Below, in pieces: positions 54,420 through 64,000 of a DNA stretch of 64,000 nucleotides. The notes under the pieces were generated by a model. The model searched no databases. It was not told the DNA's origin and saw only the letters and a list, made by a program, of their open reading frames with translations. Source of the stretch: Octopus vulgaris (Eukaryota). A program made the position numbers and the translations under genes. Positions within the stretch are counted from its first letter, which is position 1. Every line of letters begins with the position of its first letter. The DNA lies in contig OX597816.1 in the NCBI GenBank assembly GCA_951406725.2, forward strand, positions 109,182,001-109,246,000. The letters run 5' to 3'.

Positions 54420-55440
54420 TCTACCTCCTTCATCTCCTTTAACGAGCAGATTATTCTGTCCTTAAACATTGCTAGTAACAATGCACTTCCACTTTCCCTT
54501 TATTTGCGCCCTTGTTTTCCATTTGGGTTCAAATTGTTTCGGTAAATCATCTTTCCATCGTCGTGGAAACTTATGAGTAGTCTCTTCCAAACTTTTGCTT
54601 GGATATCATCCAACAACTACACGAGCTCATTTGTCGAAGCTAATATAGCATTCTCGGTATTCCGTGAGTACATTATCTGCACCGCTTCGTTCATGGGTTA
54701 CCTAGTTTCGGATTTGCTCACGCAATGATATTCCTAACATGTATCTTTCTACTACTCTCTGTGTCGTAGCCAGTCGCTCTTCCCTGTTCATCCACGTCTC
54801 ACTTACGTATAAGAAAGCAGATGGTACTCACTTCTTACTTACGTATAAGAAAGCAGATACGTATAAGAAAGTAGATCTCTTGAAGAGATTGGCATACAGA
54901 GTTTTGTTCAGATGTTCTTTGAGCACATCTTTAATTTGCGTCCATGTCTCAGTATATGTTTATTGTTAGTACTGAAAAGATGCACACCTTCACCTCCTCA
55001 ATTTAATCGTTTCCTACCACTATTCGACCTTTGTGTTACGCTTACGAACAACATTTATTTTGTTTTCATGCGACAGATTTGTGACTTACTGCTAAACTCC
55101 AGGTGTCTAGCTTGTCAACATGATCTGCAGCTGAACTGAGGTTTCTTCAATAAGCACAGTATCATCTGCAAGCCGAATGTATTTTATTAGCTTGTACTTG
55201 ATGTTGGCACCACCTTTCATGTCCCTGACGGCAATTTCAAGACATACAGGGACAGCAGAGCTACGTCGGTTGTGGATCCCAAGTTCGTCTTCTTGGGAAG
55301 TTCTATAAATTTGTAACTCGATTCCTTGCGTCTCCAGACACTTAAGTAGAGAATTTACCTCTACACTGTCGGAGGCCATTTCGTAATCTATGAAGGCGAC
55401 AGGAAAAAGGTAGTTCATACTCTTTTCCTCGTTCTAGAAG
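54420..55440 (-). mobile_element. RTE-clade LINE RT and C-terminal remnant
   Basis: AFIDYEMASDSV, IRLADDTVLI...LQIML, RWKDDL. Confidence 0.82.
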
Positions 55441-55619
55441 GGATGTTAGAGACACTGAAGACACCGAAGAGGTGAAGACACTGAAGAGGAACAATGAAAG
55501 TTATATGGTGTATTCCGTTCTCTGCAAGGCGATAATACAATAATTTTGAAAGTGACTTCGAGAACTATGCATGTAAGAAGCTGATGTGGGCCGGAGAAGA
55601 AATTAAAAAAAATCTAAAG

Positions 55620-56180
55620 AGATGCAAAAGAGAGATAGCACTGTATAAGTTAGAGGTGATGGCAATCAAGAACTATGACGATGACAGGCAAAAATGACAC
55701 GGAGGAGATCTATGAAAACTTTTACACTTTCCTTTTTAAGTCACTAAGGACATTAGATATTCACCGCTCAAAAGTGTTGGAAGAGGTGCCACCTATTCTA
55801 CTTAGAGTTACTGAGAATACCTTAAAGCTGATCAAGAGAAATAAAGCCTCAGAAGATGGTATCACAACGGAAATGTTTAAGAGAGTAGAGAAGAACAGCT
55901 GTGTACTCGTTCTATGTAAATCGATATTTAAAAGAGGAAAACATATCCTTGCTGTTTAAAGAGTCGAATACTCTCTTGAGAAGAAGGGTGATACAGAAGA
56001 ATGAGTCTTGTCTCGCGCCTATAAGCTATTTGCAAAAGATCATAATCATACATTACTGAAATATCTTGTCAACCAACAGTACAGGGGAGCAACTTTCAAA
56101 GAAACTACAGGACAATAGACTACATACAGTAACGTAGCAACTTGAACGAGGATGCATTATGGGAATATCAAATCAACTAT
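55620..56180 (+). mobile_element. RTE-clade LINE upstream RT segment, opposite orientation
   Basis: EVPPILL..ENTLKLIKRNKA.EDGITTEM, KKGD, YKLFAK, RTIDYI. Confidence 0.78.
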
Positions 56181-56585
56181 AACGCTTGACTTGTACTTTA
56201 TTTAAAGGATAACAGGATGGAAAAAAATTAACGTTAACAGAATTTGAACACAGAACATAAGGGGCTGTAGCGAAATACGGTAATCATTTTGTCCCCAGTT
56301 TTTATGATGGATACGAAAAATGCATCACATACGGTATAATCTTATATCTGCCATTTTACAGAATAACAGTCTACAGATTAGTGTACCTACATGAATGTGT
56401 ATTGAAGATGTTCATTTTCTAGATGCGTGGTTCCAGGTTCGAGATATTTTGGGTTGGGCAAGTTTCTTCTACCATAGACTCAGCTATACAAAAGCCTTAT
56501 ATGTGTAATTTGGAAGAGATCAACTGCAGAGGTTCATAACGCACACACTCGCACACACCCGTACGCCCTCCCTCCCTCCCGCACG

Positions 56586-56638
<53 letters not shown>

Positions 56639-56724
56639 ACAAACACACACACACAGATGCAAGACTATTCAAAAGTCTTTTTGGTCTTTTAATACAGTTG
56701 CATGCTAAAGAGATTTCTGAATCT

Positions 56725-56772
<48 letters not shown>

Positions 56773-56843
56773 ATAAAACGGTAAGATAACAAAAGAAAGA
56801 AAGAGACCTCAATATTATGTAAATAGAGGAAATTTATCTATAC

Positions 56844-57013
56844 AATATGTTACATTACTCGGTAGTCAAGATAAAACTCTGAGTTTCAGATGCCGAAGTG
56901 GAAATCCACAACACCATCTCTTCGGTTATCTGGAACCGAAGAGATGGTGTTGTGGATTTCCACTTCGGCATCTGAAACTCAGAGTATTATCTTGACTACC
57001 GAGTAATGTAACA

Positions 57014-57017
<4 letters not shown>
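56844..57017. repeat. Near-perfect fold-back (84-bp arms, 6-nt loop) made of two head-to-head HHR-like motifs
   Basis: One mismatch between arms; minus copy AGATAA-CCGAAGA-GATG...CATC-T-GAAA-CTCAGAG-TT-TTATCT. Confidence 0.93.
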
Positions 57018-57066
<49 letters not shown>

Positions 57067-57194
57067 GAAATATTAAAATTACTAAGTCTCTATAAAAGAG
57101 ATTATGGCAGCGTTCACTGGAACTTAATTGTTATCGCCATATTTAGCATTGAGGTGTATTTGATATGTTGAAATTGTTTAACCGTTCACAGGCT

Positions 57195-57230
<36 letters not shown>

Positions 57231-57234
<4 letters not shown>

Positions 57235-57296
57235 AAGAAAATGGAGGGGATCAATAGGTGGTTCATCAACTTTGATCTCCTCCATTTTCTTATTGC
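57231..57296. repeat. Small hairpin element with 24-bp arms; inverted copy at about 57581-57645
   Basis: CAATAAGAAAATGGAGGGGATCAA...TTGATCTCCTCCATTTTCTTATTG. Confidence 0.85.
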
Positions 57297-57317
57297 CATA
57301 TTAATAGGGCGATAACA

Positions 57318-57399
<82 letters not shown>

Positions 57400-57644
57400 T
57401 ATAACTCCAAGAAAGTTAGAGGTTGTAATCCAACCAACTAAGGGATAATATCTATCCAATATACTGGTGGTAGAATATCCAATTATTAATAGACAAGTGT
57501 TTTTTATAGCATTGCAATTACATTACCTAGTGTACTAAATAGGTGAAGGTAAAGAGATATTTCACCATTAATTTATATAGCAATAAGAAAATGGAGGAGA
57601 TCAAAGTTGATGAACCACCTATTGATCCCCTCCATTTTCTTTTC

Positions 57645-57693
<49 letters not shown>

Positions 57694-57694
57694 C

Positions 57695-57970
57695 ATAAGC
57701 CTGTGAACGGTTAAACAATTTCAACATATCAAATACACCTCAATGCTAAATATTTTGGTATTTGAATACACTTGGATCATGATTTCTAGTTCTGGCGAAA
57801 AGCCTTAACCTTTGTCAGCAAGTTTTTTTACTTGGCAAAACTTGCTGATGAAGGTTAAGACTTTTCGCCAGAACTAGAAATCATAAGCTAAGTGTATCAA
57901 AATACCAAAATATTTAGCATTGAGCTGTATTTGGTATGTTAAAATTGTTTACCCTGTTCGCCCGCTTACG
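57695..57970. repeat. Fold-back (~130-bp arms) with two head-to-head HHR-like motifs
   Basis: Arm consensus CTTG-CTGATGA-AGGTT AA GGC TTTTC GCC AG AACTA-GAAA-TCATGA-TC-CAAG. Confidence 0.9.
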
Positions 57971-58084
57971 GTTATTTTTCTGTCGAATTTTTAGTGTTAT
58001 GGAGGATTTAACTGAGGGATTTAGCTCCTCTTTGTAGCAGATAGGCGCCTTGTGTACTCTTATGATGATATATATATATATATA

Positions 58085-58220
58085 GTTAATCCAAACATGA
58101 AAACACAAAGAGAAAACGCAACAACGCGAGGACGTGGAACAAGTATAGTGTTATTGGACGCTCAGGAAAAGAAAGAAAGAAGGACATTTAACGTTTCGAG
58201 CGGAGCTCTTCGTCAGAAAC
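58085..58220 (-). mobile_element. PLE pLTR fragment with intact HHR core
   Basis: CTGACGA-A-GAGC TCC GCTC-GAAA-CGTTAAATG-TC; no helix I partner visible. Confidence 0.7.
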
Positions 58221-59429
58221 ATATGTATATATATACATTATGTATGTATATGTATATGTACATACGAGCATATATACTATGTATGTATGTATGTTTATAG
58301 AGTCTAAATATATTTACTTCAAAGTGCATCTAAAAAGCTAATAATAAACAATTACAAACAATTGCAATATTTGCATTGACTGAAATTTTCTAAGGTTTTT
58401 GGAAAATAGGGGAAGAACTCCAGACATGTTTTAGTAAGAATCGCTGCGTGAATATACAAAGACAAAAAGGAGAACTTGTAGAAACAGGGAGGTAGAGATA
58501 TTCAACTTTTAGACACTATCCGCTGAAAAACAGACCCAGCCGAACAAACAAAAAATGCAATAGTCCAGTTTGATTTGACAAAATGCAAGAAGCAACAAAA
58601 TATAAAGCATCAAGTAAAACTGCAATACCACAGATTGACAAATATGAAGTTAAGACTTTGGGCATGTACTGTGCACATTCCAGTTTTATTAGATCTCATC
58701 AGCAGATCATAGATCATACTTGGCAACGTATTGATGAGAGAGTTACTAAGTAGACATACAATGGTGTACACTTCGAGACAGAAAAAAAGTAATATTCTTG
58801 TGTATACAAAGTATTATTTTATTCTTTTATTGATCCTGTCTGTTTTCAAATTGAGAAACCTCAAAGTTTTATGAAGCCAAATTGTAATTTATGTAGTATA
58901 TATACTATGGAGGAAAGGCAATAAAGACATTCTATTTCATTCTCGCTATTCTCTTATTCTTTCGCAGACTCCCGCTCGCACACATGTAGATACATGTATG
59001 TATGTATGTATGCTTTTATGCATGAGTATATGTATGTATGTATGTATGCATGTATGAATGAGTATATGTACACACGCGCGCACACACAAAGGTTTATGGA
59101 TATACACACACAGGCACGCACACATACACACATATGCAGGACGCAAATATCCGATTATAAGTATATAACTTTTTAGTTATATTTAGGAAATTTATTTCCA
59201 AACAGATATACTTTTAATTCAATAATTTCAAAACCAGCTGGGGGAACAAATTTAATATTCTCTATTTGCAGAACATTTTGTATTTTCGATGTTTATAAGG
59301 GTTGTCGCAAAACTAAAAGAATTTAGGTTATCACTTAGTGTAGACAAGTATTTGTTCATAGCTGAAAACTTTCAACTCAAGGCCACAATTCTGAATATTT
59401 TATGGAACATATTAAAATAACCGCTTATG

Positions 59430-61142
59430 TGCTACAAATAATTTTTGTTTGGATAAAAAATAACTCTTCATATAATATATAAAACATGTTAGCTTTAGGT
59501 GCAGGAATACCTCTGTGTGTGAGAAGTTTGTCTTTCAAGGAAATGTTCTGGGTTCGAGCCACTGAATGACCATTGATTTCTGCCATGGCTTCTGTTTAAC
59601 CGTTTATGAGCAAAACTGTGCGAAAACTTGCTGGAGACAAGTGGAAAGCAAGCATAAAACATACCCTGAAACTTTCTATAAATTTGCCAAGGAAACAATC
59701 ACAGTACAATACAAAATAGGACCGTTGTCCCAAAGGAATGACTCACTGACCACAGACCCGAGAAGGTTAAGAGGAGAGCTCAGTGAACAATTTTAAAGTA
59801 TTTCTACCTATCCCCTGAGACACATGCAGATGAAAAAATCCGACTGAATTCTTTAACATTACAGCTCTGCAGACGAAAGTGGCATCCCTCGATTACATCG
59901 ACATTGATATAACAGCAACCATAGAAGAAATGAGCTAATGCTCAGCAACTGGTCTCGATAGCGTCTCAGCTGTTCTCCTGAAGTCGTTTAAGTAGGCTTT
60001 AGCGAAACCACTTTAGATACTTTTTCAAAGTTTCCTTGCAAGTGGTAAACTTCCTAAAAAGCTAAAAGGCATCATATGTCATATCCACAAAGGTGGGAGC
60101 AAGGCAGAGACTAAAAACTACAAGCCAATCTCTCTGATTTCACATATCGGAAATGTCATGGAACGAATCGTCAGAAAATGGTTTACTGAACGACACATAG
60201 CATGACTTCTGTTCAGGAAGAAGCTGTCTCACACAGATCTTACTGCACCATGACTGGGTTTTGAAATAATTGCTTGACCTTTCAGCTGTCAATGTGATAC
60301 ATTTTGACTTCGCAAAAGTTTTTTATAAGGTAGGTCATAACATAATATGTCACACAATTAGAGCGCTTGGCATAGCTGGTAAACCGAGAGAGTGGCTGCA
60401 TGATTTCTTAAAAGACAGAAGTCAGGCGGTTGCAGCCAATGGAGCCCTCTCTGAGGAGGCACAAATTCTGAACAGCGTCCCTCAGGGAACTGTCTCGGAG
60501 TCATTAACATCTCTCTTAGATATGGCCATGGTCACTCAGACAGCCAATGTCGCCAGCTACTTCGATGATACAAAATCATCGCAGGTAATAAAGAACCCAG
60601 ACGATATTCCAAGCTTACAGTAGGACTTAAATGCAATATACAAATGAGCTGAAGAAAACGACACGCTGTTTAATGCCGGATAATTTCAAGCACTGCGCTA
60701 TCAGCTCACAAATGCACTTCAGCCTGCATATACATGGCCCGAAGGCATTGCAATCGCAGAGTCACAGATAGTGAGAGACTTGGGGATCAGTATGTATAAT
60801 GATGCATCATTTCATATGCACATAGTCAAGATGGCAACAAAGTGCAGACAACTAGCAAAATGGATACTAAGGTCCTTCAAGATAAGAAGCCAAGCATTTA
60901 TGTTGACCCTGTGGAGGACCTTTGTTATTAGTCGCCTGGACGACTCCTCTCGACTGTGGTCACCAAATAGCGTCAAACTAACAGTGGAGCCTGAAACGGC
61001 CCAACGTCATTACACTAAAAATATTATAACCGTGCCGCAGAAGAAATACAGGGAGAAGCTGAAAAAGCCATGACTTTGCTCACTGGAAAGAAGATGCGAC
61101 AAATATGTTATAAGCTACGTATGGAAAATTCTGGAAGGGCTA
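59430..61142 (+). mobile_element. CR1-like LINE ORF2 (RT) pseudogene
   Basis: NYKPISLISHI..VMERIV, GRSCLTQ, DFAKVFYKV.H, VPQGTV, YFDDTK, VRDLGI. Confidence 0.93.
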
Positions 61143-61703
61143 GTACTATAAATTTTAAAGAGCGAAACGCTGCGCATCTCAATTCTTTTAGATATGAGAA
61201 ACACAGTAAATCCACAACACTCGCCAGTCACATACATCATCTCAAAAACAAAAATATTCCCGACATCTTGTCATAGTCCATAATAGATTCAAGCCTGTAA
61301 GTTATGCATAAAAGAAGCATTCCATATTTCAAAACACAACTCTTCAATACTACTAAATAAATATAACTAGGTCCTAAGTATATGCAACCACCGCTTTTTC
61401 CATACTTTCAAATTTTACCGAAAATCTAAATGCAACCTAAATAACCAAACCACTTAGGCAATCCCCAAGAACCCTATTTGACTTTCTATTAATTTTTTAC
61501 CTATTTAATCTTATTTTAATTGCTTAATACTACATATATGGACATGCATAGGCGTAGTATGCGGATATATGTGCGTATGTATATGTATATGTGTGTGTGC
61601 GTGTACGTGTATGTACGTGTGCATGTATGCGTGTATATGTGTGCGTGTGTGTGCATTTATATATATGTGTATGTATATATATGATTGTATATGCATGCGT
61701 ATG

Positions 61704-61738
<35 letters not shown>

Positions 61739-62775
61739 GTGTATATGTATGTGTGTGTGTATGTGTTTATATATATATATATATTCATCCATGCGTACGG
61801 GTTTAAATACACAAGTACGCAGGCATACACATACACATGTACATACGTGCGTGCGTATATCGATATACACTTCTTTCTTTCTCTCTGATTCCTCTACCCA
61901 CACTATCGCATTAGCCAGTAGAATAAACACATAAGTCTGTTTTAGAAACATGGCCATTCTTAGTATTCTTCCTTTCCGTTTTGTGGTTTGCAACTGAAAC
62001 CACCCCTCCTATACCTTTTTCCGTACCAATCCCTTAATGCCATTCCAACATATCACCCCACCTCACACACCCCACCCATATGCATTACTTACATTATTAA
62101 CTCTTCCTACCCCTCCCGTGCTCCCCTCCCATTCCCCTCATAATCTTGACCACCAACTAGCACTCCTTTTTTCGCATTTTTTCCTTTTCTTACACTTTTT
62201 TCACTTTCTCTTCTTGTTTCCATTTCCTCATCCTCTTTCTTTCCTTCTCCTTTTCCCACCTCTTCCTTTGACCTATCTCTTCATTTTAGCATACATATAT
62301 CTTCCTCTCTCTCTTTCCACTTAATACTACCACTACATTCTCAAATTTTCATTCACACCACAAAACCCCTTTGAATGAACAGCACATAGAATATTCGTCT
62401 CTACACTTTCCATTTGTGATGACGAAATATGAACTCCTATTGGAATTTACATACCGCGCACAAGAAACATTTCTACCACTTCTACACATAACTTTCCTTA
62501 GATAATCGAACTACAACTATAATATTTTAATATATTTTAATCTTTTATTTCTACATTCATTGTCCTATTTCCCTATATACTCCTTATTTGCTTCATTTTC
62601 CTAAATAACTCTTTATAATGAACTCTAATATTTCCCTCTATTTAACCATCTTACATCGTCTCTGATGAAAGGATATCCTTAATATGCCAGAAACAGCTGT
62701 AAGACTAACTTTTTTTTTATAAATGTCCTGAAAATTCCACACAACTTTGGCTTTGTTGTCTCGATTTATCTAACA
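61143..62775 (+). mobile_element. Decayed PLE 3' end (GIY-YIG C-half, 3' UTR, pLTR) interrupted by microsatellites
   Basis: FKER..AHLNSFRYEKHSKSTTLASHIHHLK; HHR at 62658. Confidence 0.65.
62658..62705 (+). ncRNA. Type I minimal hammerhead ribozyme with canonical core
   Basis: Helix I GTCT/AGAC, CTGATGA, imperfect helix II GGATAT..ATATGCC, GAAA, palindromic helix III ACAGCTGT, GUA cleavage triplet. Confidence 0.8.
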
Positions 62776-63464
62776 CACACACACATATATATCTATCCAT
62801 CTATCTAGCTACACACATAGTTACATATCTACCCATTGAGTCTACGCCGATATATACATAAATATAATACACACACACATACACACACATATGGATACGG
62901 TGGTTGTCTACTCTTCATGGAGAGTCTGACAGGCTCTTGTACTTAGATCCATCTTAGATCCATCATGGTGTCTGATGTGACTTTTAAACCAGACATTGTA
63001 TTGAAAAGACACCCCCCACACTTATATATATACACACATATATATATGTATATGTGTATACGCATGTGTGCGATGTGTGTGTGCATGTGTGCGATGTGTG
63101 AGTGTATGTGTGCGATGTCTATGTGTGTGTGCGCGCATACATTGAAAATTATATCCACAGCTTAATGCAAAATGAACTCTAGGAAGGTGTGTAGCTAAAT
63201 CGCCAGTCTAAACGTGGAGACTAGTGGCAGTAAAGAATGGTGATAGATAAAACTGGTTCATTAAGCAAAAATACTTAACGGTAATTACTGTCCTTGATAT
63301 ACATCCCTTTAATCCCAGTACAATGCTACTTTTCGTCGTTGAAGAGACATAAAACTACGTGACAGAGAATATCGAGTTTAATTCCAGAGTGAAAGAACGC
63401 CTTTAGTTCAAACGACGGTCTCTATAACTAGTTCAATTCCGGCGAGTCAACGAAGAATCTTTTT

Positions 63465-63630
63465 GGTGAGTTAGAAATGGTGTAGATCCACTAGAAATAG
63501 CAGCCTATTTTCGCTTAAATCTTCCATTATCGACTTAAATTACAAAAAGAGATACGTTAAATACCGTAGACTCTGGTATACCTTTGATTATAGAGCTTTT
63601 CAGTCAGGATTAACCTGAGGTTAAACCATA
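63465..63630 (-). mobile_element. Old repeat family E copy
   Basis: CTAGAAATAGCAGCC..., the reverse complement of the family core. Confidence 0.5.
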
Positions 63631-64000
63631 AAAAAACACAACAACTTTTTCTTCGAAGTATTTTAATCAAAGTTAAATTCGCTCGAGATATATTTTTCTT
63701 TTCCACCTGACGCACCAAAACAAAAGTAAAATGTAAATTATCATCTATTCATTTTACATTTTTCACTAGTTTGTCTGTAGCTAGTGGCTGTATCCACATC
63801 TATTATAGGAACGTTTAGACTGGAAGATTTCAGTATCTGAAGTTAGTGTTAATGTTTTAGCTAAGTGGATGAAAAGGTTTTTAATTTGCTGAATATTATT
63901 AAAAAAAAAAAAGATTGTTAGATCAAGTATGTGGTGTAAAAATCAAAATGTTAGTATGTAACTAATATTATGTATAACATTGGCTGATACGAGAGATAGC

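Overview
AT-rich, repeat-saturated animal DNA with no intact host gene. From memory, the SINE families and microsatellite density match Octopus or another coleoid cephalopod; this was not checked by search. The window holds microsatellites, at least four tRNA-derived SINE families, decayed DNA transposons (mariner, maT/DD37D, hAT, a Rep-less Helitron, MITEs), LINE remnants (CR1, RTE, Tx1/L1, a probable Dong/R4 3' UTR), a Gypsy RT remnant and several Penelope-like elements (PLEs). Nearly all ORFs in the supplied track are microsatellite translations or transposon fragments. The main signal is about 15 minimal type I hammerhead-ribozyme (HHR)-like motifs with palindromic helix III. Several sit head-to-head at the centre of fold-back inverted repeats embedded in (TA)n/(CA)n tracts, and non-canonical cores recur (CCGANGA, UUGAAAA). 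Also notable are a twin-priming-like inversion in a PLE, a SINE sharing its 3' tail with a Tx1-type LINE, a nested insertion stack inside a SINE microsatellite, and a Helitron terminus antisense to its RepHel remnant. Boundaries were read by eye and are approximate, most of all for decayed elements.
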